Shown in pieces: positions 38,403 through 47,657 of a DNA stretch of 64,000 nucleotides (positions are counted from its first letter, which is position 1; the number at the start of each line of letters is the position of its first letter). The DNA is from an uncultured Candidatus Saccharibacteria bacterium. GTDB lineage: Bacteria; Patescibacteriota; Minisyncoccia; Phycocordibacterales; UBA2100. The stretch lies in the NCBI GenBank assembly GCA_964434285.1, contig CAYSUJ010000002.1, positions 57,913 through 121,912 of the forward strand, written 5' to 3'. The notes beneath the pieces were generated by a model, which was not told where the DNA came from, did no database searches, and worked only from the letters and a program-made list of their open reading frames with translations. The position numbers and the translations under genes were made by a program.

Positions 38403-39035
38403 ATGTTATCTGTATTCATCGGAACCGACAGAGAAAAAGCGCGTGCGGCGCTTGAGAAGCGCGTGGAGAAAGAGGCGAAAGGTGCACGGGTGGTGCGGAT
38501 TACTGATGCGCATGCACTAGCCGACTTTGAGACTGTGTTGCAAGGCGGCGGCATGTTTGCCGAGAAGCGCGTGCTCGTGTTTGAGAACGTGTGTGAGAAC
38601 GATGAGATGGAGCCAGTACTTCTTGCAGCATTACCGAGGCTTGCTGAGAGTGATGACAAAGTGTTTGTGTATGAAATGAAGCCGCTCGCGGATTTGAAGA
38701 AGCAGCTTCAGAAGTACGCGGAGGATTTTGAGACGCACGATGTGCCGAAACGTGGGCGTGAAAATGATATTTTTGCGCTCGCGAACGCACTGCGCGCGCG
38801 CAATAAAAAGCAGCTCTGGGTGGGTTATATGCGTGAGGTCGCAAAAGGTTCCGCACCGGAAGCCACGCATGGCTTTCTCTTTTGGGCGGCTAAAGACATG
38901 TACCTCAAATCAGGCGGAAGAGATGTTGGTGCCGCGAAGCTTATCGCCGAGCTTACGGAATTGCCGCACGTGGCGAGAAGGAAGGGGGAGGATTTGGATT
39001 ATGCACTTGAGCGGTTTGTGCTCTCCATAAAATGA
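38403..39035 (+). CDS. hypothetical protein, possibly a short DNA polymerase III delta subunit (HolA)-like
   Basis: Weak resemblance to the HolA N-terminal region and its position right after polA. 210 aa from ATG 38403. Confidence 0.3.
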   Translation: MLSVFIGTDREKARAALEKRVEKEAKGARVVRITDAHALADFETVLQGGGMFAEKRVLVFENVCENDEMEPVLLAALPRLAESDDKVFVYEMKPLADLKKQLQKYAEDFETHDVPKRGRENDIFALANALRARNKKQLWVGYMREVAKGSAPEATHGFLFWAAKDMYLKSGGRDVGAAKLIAELTELPHVARRKGEDLDYALERFVLSIK

Positions 39036-40285
39036 TTCATTATGAGGGTATGTCACAGACCGTGCGGAAATGTTTTCTTTTTTTAGTTGGAGTGTCGATG
39101 CTTATTGGACTAGGTCTTTTTGTGCCACAACCTGCGCATGCGCTCGGGGGTGCCGCGAACGCGATCTGTTTTGAGCCTGGGATGTGTCAGTATGGGACGA
39201 GGTGTGGGAAGAATGGCCCCCCTGGTGTCTTGAATAAGCCCTGCTTTGACACGGTTAACGGTATTCGGATTGATGGTCTTTGTGTTGCGCCACAAAAATG
39301 TGAAGGAAAATCAGGTGGGGGTGCCGGCGGCGTGGGCGATCAAATGATCAACTCTATGCTCGGACAGGCAATGCAGCAGATAATGCAGGCGCTTCAGGGC
39401 GGTGGAGGAGGCGGAGGCGGAGGTGGTGGTTCGGGCGCGACGCCTGAATCCGGCCTTGCGGGGTGCACAAACTACTATCAAGTCACCACTCCTTCAACGG
39501 ATCCGTGTGCCATTTATTCTCCCTCGGCTGTGCTTGATGCGGGCGCTTCTGGTTCCTCCGGCATTGCCGACAACCTTCTCGGTGCACTTGGTTCATCAAA
39601 TCCATCTAATGTGAGTGGTGGTCTTCTCGATACTATTAAAAACGTAACGGGAACTGGCTCCAATACCGAGACACAGTCACAAGCACCGACGCCGGGGAAT
39701 CAGGGACTTTCTGGCGACTTACGCGTCGGGAATGCCGGCGCCACCATCTTTGCGAATCTTCGCGAGGGCTTAAGTGAAGTTGCTGGATTCTTCGGTGGTT
39801 CCACCGGGGGTGCTTCACAAGCACTTTCGGCAGCAGGGCGTCTTTGTGCGACACGACCGTGGGAGAGTGGTATTGCGGGGAGAAGCATCGCCCCGTCGTT
39901 TTTTGACGGCATTTGTCGGCTCAGCGGCTATCAAGTGGGTGTCATTACACCAACACAGACAGGGCGGTCGAGTGGCAGTAATTCTCCGACACAAAATAGC
40001 AACGTACCACGTGTGAATCTGGCAGGCACTGTCGGCGATGTTCCTCCCGAAGCAGATATATGGGCGGAGCCCGCATCGGTGCGGCTCGGTACGCGCACCT
40101 ACATCTTCTGGCGTGCGCAGGGAGTGATCTCGTGTGCATCGACGGGGCCGAACTTCTCGCAAAATTCGCTCTCAGGAGGTGCCTCAACTGTGCCCATTTC
40201 CGGGCCAACGACGTTCTCCATCGAGTGCCTCACGAGCGCAAGCACGACCATCCGCGACAGCGTGACCGTGCAGATTGCGATCTAA
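39032..40285 (+). CDS. secreted Cys- and Gly-rich protein with a C-terminal beta-sandwich-like repeat domain
   Basis: Signal/TM at the N-terminus, a poly-Gly tract (GGGGGGGGGGGSG), and a C-terminal ~80-aa domain sharing a W...C...TTF.IEC pattern with three repeats in the 45336 ORF. Confidence 0.4.
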   Translation: MIHYEGMSQTVRKCFLFLVGVSMLIGLGLFVPQPAHALGGAANAICFEPGMCQYGTRCGKNGPPGVLNKPCFDTVNGIRIDGLCVAPQKCEGKSGGGAGGVGDQMINSMLGQAMQQIMQALQGGGGGGGGGGGSGATPESGLAGCTNYYQVTTPSTDPCAIYSPSAVLDAGASGSSGIADNLLGALGSSNPSNVSGGLLDTIKNVTGTGSNTETQSQAPTPGNQGLSGDLRVGNAGATIFANLREGLSEVAGFFGGSTGGASQALSAAGRLCATRPWESGIAGRSIAPSFFDGICRLSGYQVGVITPTQTGRSSGSNSPTQNSNVPRVNLAGTVGDVPPEADIWAEPASVRLGTRTYIFWRAQGVISCASTGPNFSQNSLSGGASTVPISGPTTFSIECLTSASTTIRDSVTVQIAI

Positions 40286-40358
40286 ATAGCTTCGAGCGGC
40301 CGGGCTGTCGGCTTTCGAAAATTCACGTTTGTAGAACGGCGTGGTATAAGTTTTCTAC

Positions 40359-40432
40359 CCGCCCATAGCTCAGTTTGGTAGAGCAATCGCCTTTTAAGCG
40401 AGTGGTCGTTGGTTCAAATCCAACTGGGCGGA
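40359..40432 (+). tRNA. tRNA-Lys (anticodon TTT)
   Basis: Hand-folded cloverleaf: acceptor CCGCCCA/TGGGCGG, D arm GCTC..GAGC, anticodon loop CTTTTAA, T loop TTCAAAT. No encoded CCA. Confidence 0.85.
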
Positions 40433-40437
40433 CTGTA

Positions 40438-40779
40438 TTACAGCGGCAGATCGAAGGCAAAGGGTCCTGCGCCAGTTATGAGAAGTGTGAAGCTCATGAC
40501 GAGTGCGAGCCAAAGTGTGCTTTTCGGGAGCGCGCGCTCGTTTCGCATGAGCGATTCGGTTATTGCAAGAAGCGCGATGAGTGCCATTGGTTGCGTGAGT
40601 GCTCCTACGAAGAGAAGGAGTGCGGCGAGGCCGGTGACGACCCCTGAGGCGCGTGTCCATGTGTTTTCTCCACGGATGCCGTGGAGGGCGAGTGTTCCGA
40701 GGATAGCAGCAACGGCGACGCGTATCATGAGTGCGGAGAACGGCGCGAGGTAGAGGAGTTCGGGGAAGTAGGAAAGCAT
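40438..40779 (-). CDS. DoxX-family small membrane protein
   Basis: Four hydrophobic helices in about 113 aa, DoxX-like. ORF track is 40438..40830; ATG 40779 is the likelier start. Confidence 0.4.
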   Translation of the reverse strand: MLSYFPELLYLAPFSALMIRVAVAAILGTLALHGIRGENTWTRASGVVTGLAALLLFVGALTQPMALIALLAITESLMRNERALPKSTLWLALVMSFTLLITGAGPFAFDLPL

Positions 40780-40832
40780 GGCATTGAGTGTATCGTCTTG
40801 CTCACGAGGCGACAAGCAGATAGGGTGCATGC

Positions 40833-41306
40833 ATGGAGCGCTATCTCATACTGCATAATCTGCGAAGCGCACATAATGTGGGGGCAATTTTTCGTACCGC
40901 AGATGCAGCCGCAGTTTCGCACGTCTACCTCACTGGCTACACGCCAGCGCCACTCGACCGCTTTAAGCGACCACAAGGAGAGATCGCGAAGACCGCGCTC
41001 GGCGCAGAAAAAGCAATTCCATGGACGAGCGCTCGTTCACTTGCTCGTGTGATGAAAACCCTGCGCGCGAAAGGAGTGCACATCGTCGGGGTTGAGCAAG
41101 ACGAACGAGCGCGAGACTACCGGCTCTTCAAGCCGGAAAAGGGAGTGGCATTTCTCTTTGGAAATGAAGTGAACGGGCTCGCGCCTGCGACGCGTGCGGC
41201 GTGTGACGATCTTATCGAAATCCCGATGCTTGGTATGAAGGAGTCACTGAACGTTGCGACAACGGCGGGTATCATCCTTTTTTCAACGCTCCCATTCGAT
41301 CAGTAG
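40833..41306 (+). CDS. SpoU/TrmH-family RNA 2'-O-methyltransferase
   Basis: SPOUT motifs: HNVGAIFRTADA, FLFGNEVNGL, SLNVATTAGIILF. 157 aa. Confidence 0.8.
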   Translation: MERYLILHNLRSAHNVGAIFRTADAAAVSHVYLTGYTPAPLDRFKRPQGEIAKTALGAEKAIPWTSARSLARVMKTLRAKGVHIVGVEQDERARDYRLFKPEKGVAFLFGNEVNGLAPATRAACDDLIEIPMLGMKESLNVATTAGIILFSTLPFDQ

Positions 41307-42325
41307 GTGAACACGTCGACTGTGCGTCCTTCGGCGTCGAGGAGTCGAATGACGTCATGTGATGTGCGCCACAACTCGCCGCTTGAGCCGAGGAAAAGTC
41401 TCCACACGTTTTCTTGAAAATCTGCTCGATAGCTCTGCGAACGAACACAGCCATTGTACGAAAGCGTATCGCCTAATTGTGTTCGGCAGGCTTGTGTGAG
41501 TGTGTGGGGGAGTTCTTGTGGGAAACGACATGATTGCATTCCTTGGAGTACATCGAAACATTCTGAACCAAGACGTGTCAGATTTTGCTCGGTGAGCGGT
41601 ATGAGCGACGATGGGGAGGGACAGTTCTCTGAAAGTGGTGGCGTGAATGGTTGGAATTGTTGGAGATACCCCGTGCAGGAATTTTCTCGAAATGAAACAC
41701 CGACTGGTGAAGCGCCGCTCGTGACGATCGCGATGCCGCCCGGCGCGAGTGTGACGGCGCCGAGTGTATTCGGAAGCCCTTGAGCGAAAACGGATGTGGC
41801 GCTTGGGATGGTGACCTTCATGCCCGTGAGCGCGCTTTCCAGTGTCCAGCCACGGATATCAATTGCTGCGCTATTTTGGTAATCGGCTTGGAGTTGTATG
41901 TATTCTTCTGATGCGTTCGTTGCGTGGATACCTGCGTCGCGTGCGATGAAAACAGCGCGCGCAAAGGGTGAGGGCGTACCGAAATCACGCATTGCCGCGG
42001 CTTCGCGGTTGAGTCGTTCGTATTCGTTGGTGAGTGCGATGAGCTGTGCTTCGGCGCTTCCTGAGTCTTGTGCATATGGATCAGCGATGTTGAGTGCATC
42101 GGTTATATCAATCGTCGGGAAGAGCTGTGCCGGCTGCCAGGGGAGGCGAAATTCTCCGCCTTCTCTTGTTGCTGTCGGCGAGAGAAAGTTAATTGCAGAG
42201 ACGCCTTTAAATACTTCGCGTGGACCACCGCCGATAACCCAAAGCGCTACCGCAGCAAGCACGATTGCGATTAAGAGCCAGAGAACAACCCGACGGAACA
42301 TGCGCATAGTATACCCGCACACCAA
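41300..42325 (-). CDS. secreted protein with a lamin-tail-domain (LTD)-like segment
   Basis: N-terminal TM/signal. The segment EEYIQLQADYQNSAAIDIRGWTLES...LAPGGIAIVTSG resembles the LTD fold signature (GWTL). Confidence 0.35.
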   Translation of the reverse strand: MVCGYTMRMFRRVVLWLLIAIVLAAVALWVIGGGPREVFKGVSAINFLSPTATREGGEFRLPWQPAQLFPTIDITDALNIADPYAQDSGSAEAQLIALTNEYERLNREAAAMRDFGTPSPFARAVFIARDAGIHATNASEEYIQLQADYQNSAAIDIRGWTLESALTGMKVTIPSATSVFAQGLPNTLGAVTLAPGGIAIVTSGASPVGVSFRENSCTGYLQQFQPFTPPLSENCPSPSSLIPLTEQNLTRLGSECFDVLQGMQSCRFPQELPHTLTQACRTQLGDTLSYNGCVRSQSYRADFQENVWRLFLGSSGELWRTSHDVIRLLDAEGRTVDVFTY

Positions 42326-42354
42326 ACGAGTTACGTTTGGTGTGCGGGTATATC

Positions 42355-43599
42355 TTAACCGCGCATTTTGCGGAGTTCTTCACGTACCACCTGCGCGTCG
42401 CTCCAGGGAACGGCGCTTCCGCGTGCACCTTGAATGGTGGGGTCAGTACCTTTGCCGGTCACAATGACGCAATCGCCGGAGCGTGCGAGTGAAAGTGCGC
42501 GCGCGATCGCGGAGCGACGATCCATAATTATTTCTGGTGTGTGTTTTTCGATACCGCGGCCGAGCATGTCGACGATACCGCGCGGATCTTCATCGTAGGG
42601 ATCTTCGTTGGTGAGAATTATGGTGTCGCAATATGTATCGGCCACTCCGCCCATGACGGGGCGCTTCCAGAGATCGCGCCCACCACCTGTTGAGCCGAGC
42701 ACACATACTTTGCGACGATTTGGGTAGGCTTCATAGATTGCGCGGAGTGAGTCTGGTGTGTGCGCGTAGTCGACGATCGCCGTAAATGGTTGCCCCTCGT
42801 CGACCTCTTCGGCGCGCCCGGGGATGCGGCGGACTTCCGCTATGCCGCGAGCGATAGCATCTTCGCGAATACCGAACGCACGTGCGAATGTTGCAGCAGC
42901 GAGTGCGTTCAGGAGTGAAAATTCCCCTGGGAGCGGCACGGTGACACGTGTTTCTCCGAGCGTAAAAAAGCCGTCGCGCTCGCGTGCTTCAAATGGAGTC
43001 GCGCCAGTGAGGGAGAATGGTATGGGGGACTCAACAGGCAGCGATAGATAGCGGCCACTCTCCGAGTCGTCCGCGTTCGCGATCATGTAGCGAGGGCGCT
43101 TGCGTGATCGTGCGAGTTGTCGGCCTAGTTCGAATTTCGCATCAGCATACGCCTGCAGCGAGCCATGTGATTCTATGTGTTCAGGAGCGAGGTTGATGAA
43201 GAGGAGGGCGTTCAGTGAAATAAACCGATGCCGATATTGTCGCGCGCCTTCAGAGGTGAGTTCGATGAATACGATGCCGCATCCGGCGCGAGCCGCCTTC
43301 GCGATAAAATTTTGCACGAAGAAGCGCCCAGGGATTGTCATGCGCCTTGTGTTTGGTTCGCTGTTTGCACCTATCTTAAAACGAATACTACTTGAACTAG
43401 CCGTTTTCCAGCCGGCCGCTTCAAAAATCGCGCTGAGATATTCAATGGTGGATGATTTTCCTTTGGTCCCAGTCACGCCGACTACCACCACGTCGCGCGA
43501 GGGGAAGCCGCAGAGAAGTGCTGCGAGAAACGCCAACACAAAGTGATATGCGGACAGTAGTGGAGAGGGGAGTGCGGACCTAACTTTCTTCTTTATCAT
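42355..43599 (-). CDS. Mur ligase family protein (MurE/MurF-like UDP-N-acetylmuramoyl-peptide ligase)
   Basis: P-loop GVTGTKGKSST and Mur ligase middle and C-terminal domain patterns. Start at MIKKKV (43599). ORF track start is 43683. Confidence 0.7.
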   Translation of the reverse strand: MIKKKVRSALPSPLLSAYHFVLAFLAALLCGFPSRDVVVVGVTGTKGKSSTIEYLSAIFEAAGWKTASSSSIRFKIGANSEPNTRRMTIPGRFFVQNFIAKAARAGCGIVFIELTSEGARQYRHRFISLNALLFINLAPEHIESHGSLQAYADAKFELGRQLARSRKRPRYMIANADDSESGRYLSLPVESPIPFSLTGATPFEARERDGFFTLGETRVTVPLPGEFSLLNALAAATFARAFGIREDAIARGIAEVRRIPGRAEEVDEGQPFTAIVDYAHTPDSLRAIYEAYPNRRKVCVLGSTGGGRDLWKRPVMGGVADTYCDTIILTNEDPYDEDPRGIVDMLGRGIEKHTPEIIMDRRSAIARALSLARSGDCVIVTGKGTDPTIQGARGSAVPWSDAQVVREELRKMRG

Positions 43600-43600
43600 A

Positions 43601-44170
43601 TCAGCGGCCGAGGAGTTTGAGTGCTTCGCGCAGGCGCTCAGAGCTTCCAGTAATAGCCGAAGGAACTTTGCGTAGGATGTCACGCGCCTCTGCGTGGGAG
43701 TAGCCGAGTGCTTTCATGGCTTCGAGCGCTTCTTCGTCACCGCGCATCGCGCCGTGTGCTGTTTCAGAGCCTGTGCCGACTTTGTCGCGCAACTCGAGCA
43801 CGATCTTCTCTGCCGTTTTGCGCCCGATGCCGGAAACTTTGGTGAGATATTCCGCTTCGCCCTTCGCAATCGCAGTGCGAAGCGTTTCGGTGGAGGCGAT
43901 ATCGAGAATGGCGAGCGCGGAGCGCGGGCCCACGCCGGAAACAGTGAGAAGAAGTTCGAAGAAACGAAGTTCCTCTTCCTCGGCGAATCCATACAGGCTG
44001 AAGGTGTCTTCGCGCACGTGAGTATGTACCCATCCTGACCATGGATCATCGAGGTTGAGTGATGTAAGGAGCTGCTTCGTGCATGAGAGCTCATAGCCCA
44101 CGCCGCCCACGAGGAGAATCAGGCGGCCAGAGCGCGTACCCTTCACGGTGCCTTCCAGGTAGCCGATCAT
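43601..44170 (-). CDS. ruvA: Holliday junction DNA helicase subunit RuvA
   Basis: MIGYLEGTV start, HhH motifs (LLTVSGVGPRSA, VSGIGRKTAEKI) and the C-terminal RuvB-interaction domain. 189 aa. Confidence 0.9.
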   Translation of the reverse strand: MIGYLEGTVKGTRSGRLILLVGGVGYELSCTKQLLTSLNLDDPWSGWVHTHVREDTFSLYGFAEEEELRFFELLLTVSGVGPRSALAILDIASTETLRTAIAKGEAEYLTKVSGIGRKTAEKIVLELRDKVGTGSETAHGAMRGDEEALEAMKALGYSHAEARDILRKVPSAITGSSERLREALKLLGR

Positions 44171-44260
44171 GGAGAGAAGTATACCGTATACAGTATTCCG
44201 TGTGGCGCAGAGAGGGGCGGAAACCCTTGTTTTTCTGGCTATATGGTGTAATATCGCGCC

Positions 44261-44500
44261 ATGGCAAAAACAAAGTCCGCGAAGAAAGCATATCGCGTCG
44301 AGCTCCGACGCCGCGTTTTTAATGTACGTCGTGCGAAAGCGATGCGTGATTCAGTAAAGGCGGTCGCGAAATCAGCCGATGCGAAGGATCTTCCTGCGGC
44401 ACAGAAGGCGATCGATAAGGCGGTCAAGCGCGGACTCATCAAAAAGAATACGGCGGCACGTATGAAGTCGCGCCTCGCAAAGAAAGTGGCGACAAAGTAA
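44261..44500 (+). CDS. rpsT: 30S ribosomal protein S20
   Basis: MAKTKSAKKA start and the basic S20 pattern. 79 aa. Confidence 0.9.
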   Translation: MAKTKSAKKAYRVELRRRVFNVRRAKAMRDSVKAVAKSADAKDLPAAQKAIDKAVKRGLIKKNTAARMKSRLAKKVATK

Positions 44501-44544
44501 TCCGTACTTTACGCAGGAGGTACCCTCCTGTATCGTGTGTGGAA

Positions 44545-44616
44545 CCTCTCGTAGTTTAATGGATAGAACGCGAGCTTGCGGTGTTCGTAATCCAGGTTCG
44601 ATTCCTGGCGAGAGGA
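44545..44616 (+). tRNA. tRNA-Arg (anticodon GCG, by hand fold)
   Basis: Acceptor CCTCTCG/CGAGAGG, T loop TTCGATT, anticodon stem CGAGC/GTTCG with loop TTGCGGT, giving anticodon GCG and G37. This anticodon is unusual for Arg, so the isotype assignment needs tRNAscan confirmation. Confidence 0.6.
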
Positions 44617-44919
44617 CTAAGAAGTGATACGCTTACATGGTGCGCGTCCAAGCGCCAGAATCTCCCGCAACATCGCGGTGTCTCCATAGGTGACAAAACA
44701 GATACCTTGGAAATTTCTCCTAAACTTCTTACTCGTACTTCGTTTCTTCACGAAGAATTTTCCGAATTGGGTTCCAGGCACGTGAAGCAATTCGGACCAA
44801 TAGCGAACAGATTCTTTCTTAAGATGATAGTAGTGCAAACGGAGGCGCACTTATATGCGTTTTTCATCAAGATTAAAACAGTTTCGGAGCATTGAATGTA
44901 TAACAACACTAATTGTGGA

Positions 44920-45312
44920 TCAGTATTGGCAAACGTAAGCGCACCACCCCCCCCCTTTCTTTCCTTCCGCCCAATACAGCATGGCCAGGAGTGATTTTTG
45001 AATCTCTTTGTCTTGTGTGGGTACTTTTTCTGCTGTAAGCACAGCTCTTGCTTCGTATGTTGCATACCGCTCCTGTTTATTCTTGGTGATTTTTGCCACC
45101 GCAAGTTTGCGAACACGTTTCATATGTTCCAACTGCGCACTTTTGTCGAATACTCCGGCGTATTTCTTACCTAACCAAACGGAGAGAGTACTCTTTGGAA
45201 TAGGGTATATTTTTCGGATTTCAGAGTAAGTTTTTCCTTCTTTTCGGAGTTGCTCCACTTCTGCTTTCACCGTACTTTCATAACGAATACTACCCATTTC
45301 TATAGTAAACAA
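44920..45312 (-). CDS. HTH-domain protein ending in a G9 homopolymer-encoded poly-Gly (possible truncated/frameshift-prone gene)
   Basis: HTH-like TYSEIRKIYPIPKSTLSVWL. The C-terminus is ...WAEGKKGGGWCAYVCQY, with the GGG run encoded by 9 consecutive G on the minus strand (C-run at 44947-44955 on plus). Confidence 0.3.
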   Translation of the reverse strand: MFTIEMGSIRYESTVKAEVEQLRKEGKTYSEIRKIYPIPKSTLSVWLGKKYAGVFDKSAQLEHMKRVRKLAVAKITKNKQERYATYEARAVLTAEKVPTQDKEIQKSLLAMLYWAEGKKGGGWCAYVCQY

Positions 45313-45335
45313 TATACCTCCAGAGGAAATATTCT

Positions 45336-47657
45336 TTGTTCAATTATGTGGATAAAATGCTCTTTCCCCACACTCTCGTTGCGAGAGTGGGCACGAGGAC
45401 TCATGATAGGAGCATGTTGTTTTCCGCTTCACCGCGCGGGGGTTCTGTTTTGGGAGTTGTAGTGTCGCTCATGATCTTAGGCGCAGTGGCGATTGGTATT
45501 GATGACATTCACGTCGCCCGATTGGAGAGTAGTTCTCAGACTGCTGCGATTTTTTCTACTTATAGCTGCACAACTTCGAATGTCAATACGAATTCGGATT
45601 GTGAATCCATTAACGGTAAGCCCGCCTTCAAGGGTGTATCTCTTAACTCTGACGAATATAAAGAGATTACTTGTAACATAGGAAGTGATTTTATTATTCG
45701 GATCAACACAGACGGGAGTGACGGCAAAATATACTATGCTGATGCGAACGGGGAACCCGCGGCGCATGCACAATCCCAATGTGAGGCTGAATCCTCAGAG
45801 TTGTGGCGGGGAAAACCACCACGTCAGTGCGTTTCCGATCCTGCGCAACAGAATTCAAATCGGTGGAAGTGTTATGTGAAAGTCTGTTTTAGGTCAAATC
45901 AAAGCGCTGCTGGGAAGGATGGCGTAGGGTGCGGGCCATACAGGACTGATGAACCAACGGAGGTGGGGGTACGTATAGCCAGTGGTGCCGGAGAGGTTGT
46001 GACAAAGGCTTCGCGGCCAACAAAGCCTGAAGATCTACCAAGGTTGATAAATAACAGCAACAACCCTCTCGAGCAGGCACAGTTGAAGGCGCAGCAATTA
46101 GCGACTGGAAATATAAGTAGCGAAACGTCGACTGGTATCGCGCAGGCATTCACCGAGCAAGACATTACACAGCAGCACGAAGCGTTTGCGCAGGCACAGA
46201 CCACACTCAGTGTAGAGAAGTTGGCGTTGGAGCAATGTCAATCATCAGCACAGGGAACTATAGATCCCAGTATGTTTTGCGCGGAGCAACTCACGAGCGT
46301 TTCTCGGGCAGAGGAGCGTCTGAGTAAGGAGCAGATTCGGTTGGGTGAAATGCAAGGATATGCCCAAAGTTTGGGTGTTCATACATCATCGTTTGTGCCA
46401 ACCACTCTGCCAGCAGCACAAACGCCGCCGTCTAGCAATCCAAGCATCGATGAATTTGGGTGTGACCGTCGTCTCGATCCAGTATCGTATCGGATTTGTC
46501 GGAATTCCGGCCAGTCTATTAATGTTGGACCATCAGGGGGATATTCATCGTTTGGTCCCGGACGGCAGGGTGTAACAGTGGGGACGGGATACGCAGCGTA
46601 TCCCGGCTACAGTGTTGCGCAACAGGATAATTACTGTATCCCGACCTATAACCCCCAAATTGTCGAGCAACGTCCAGCGGTACCAGGATGTTTAAATTAT
46701 CGTTCCGGGTTTACTGCGCAACAACAATGTGCAACGACCGGTGCGAGTGGGTGGATTAACATTGGTCTTTCAGTACTTTCAACTCTTACGGGCGGACGCG
46801 GACTGAATCAGCAGAATTGTATTCGCAGCACCAATACGGCGACCAATGCGGGCGTTGATGCAAATGGTGTACCCCTTCCTTCGTGCTCAATCAACCCGTC
46901 GCAGACACAGGTGCAGGTGGGGGGAACGCCAGTGACGCTCTCATGGCAGTCGCAGAATGCGTTTGCGGCGACGCTTTCGAGTAGTGGGGGTGTCGGCGTG
47001 AACGGCAGTGTCACCGTGCAGCCGCAGCAAACAACCACGTATACACTCTCATTGCAGGGATATCGCAATACGCAGACGGGACAGGTGCTCTCGGGGCAGT
47101 GTTCAACACAGGTTGTGGTGGGTAGTGCAGGGACCACAACTAATGGTGGTCCTACGGCACAAATAGCATGCTCTCCGCAGTCAGCCGATGTTGGCATGTC
47201 AGTAGCTGTCTCATATGCATGTCTGAACTCAAACACTAGTTCCGGCTCGGGATTCTCAACCAATAATCAATTGAGCGGTTCAGCGACACCGATTGTTGAA
47301 AACCCGTCGATCGGATCAGATAGCATCACGTATGGATTAACCTGCTCGAAAGAGGGCGTTACGGACACTGCCCAATGTACGGTGCGGGTGAATAAAACAG
47401 CACTTGTGCTTGTTGCATACCCCAATCGAATTAGACATAACGAGGAGGTGAATATCGGCTGGGTCACAGCGGGAATGCAAGCGTGCACCATTTCATCACC
47501 TGAACTTGCTGGATTTACTAGCGATAATGCTGGTGGGACCAGTGTATCGGGCACTGTCCGAACGCCTCCGCTGACCACAGATGCGCGATTTGTCCTCACA
47601 TGTACGTCTCGGTCGGGAGCAACGAGAGTTGCTGAGACATCGGTCGATGTGGACTAG
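45336..47657 (+). CDS. large Cys/Thr/Ser/Gly-rich surface protein with three C-terminal ~80-aa beta-sandwich-like repeats
   Basis: TM/signal near the N-terminus (VLGVVVSLMILGAVAIGI). Three tandem repeats share the pattern V..G..V.L.W.S...C...S...G...GS.TV.P..TT.Y.L.C. The first ATG may be internal. 773 aa. Confidence 0.45.
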   Translation: MFNYVDKMLFPHTLVARVGTRTHDRSMLFSASPRGGSVLGVVVSLMILGAVAIGIDDIHVARLESSSQTAAIFSTYSCTTSNVNTNSDCESINGKPAFKGVSLNSDEYKEITCNIGSDFIIRINTDGSDGKIYYADANGEPAAHAQSQCEAESSELWRGKPPRQCVSDPAQQNSNRWKCYVKVCFRSNQSAAGKDGVGCGPYRTDEPTEVGVRIASGAGEVVTKASRPTKPEDLPRLINNSNNPLEQAQLKAQQLATGNISSETSTGIAQAFTEQDITQQHEAFAQAQTTLSVEKLALEQCQSSAQGTIDPSMFCAEQLTSVSRAEERLSKEQIRLGEMQGYAQSLGVHTSSFVPTTLPAAQTPPSSNPSIDEFGCDRRLDPVSYRICRNSGQSINVGPSGGYSSFGPGRQGVTVGTGYAAYPGYSVAQQDNYCIPTYNPQIVEQRPAVPGCLNYRSGFTAQQQCATTGASGWINIGLSVLSTLTGGRGLNQQNCIRSTNTATNAGVDANGVPLPSCSINPSQTQVQVGGTPVTLSWQSQNAFAATLSSSGGVGVNGSVTVQPQQTTTYTLSLQGYRNTQTGQVLSGQCSTQVVVGSAGTTTNGGPTAQIACSPQSADVGMSVAVSYACLNSNTSSGSGFSTNNQLSGSATPIVENPSIGSDSITYGLTCSKEGVTDTAQCTVRVNKTALVLVAYPNRIRHNEEVNIGWVTAGMQACTISSPELAGFTSDNAGGTSVSGTVRTPPLTTDARFVLTCTSRSGATRVAETSVDVD

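Noticed and set aside
38081-38659. 192-aa minus-strand ORF spanning the polA/holA-like junction
   Set aside because: Antisense to polA motif C and the downstream gene. Low-complexity Ser/Ala-rich translation.
39400-39435. Repetitive ggcggaggcggaggtggtggt tract (possible CRISPR or VNTR?)
   Set aside because: It encodes an in-frame poly-Gly linker of the secreted protein. There are no spacer-repeat units, so it is not a CRISPR array.
44920-45312. LAGLIDADG homing endonuclease call for the HTH/G9-tract gene (LLAMLYWAEGKKG resembles the motif)
   Set aside because: The motif match is weak and sits at the wrong position (C-terminal), and the frame-shifted continuations show no endonuclease core. 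Reported only as a possible decayed gene.
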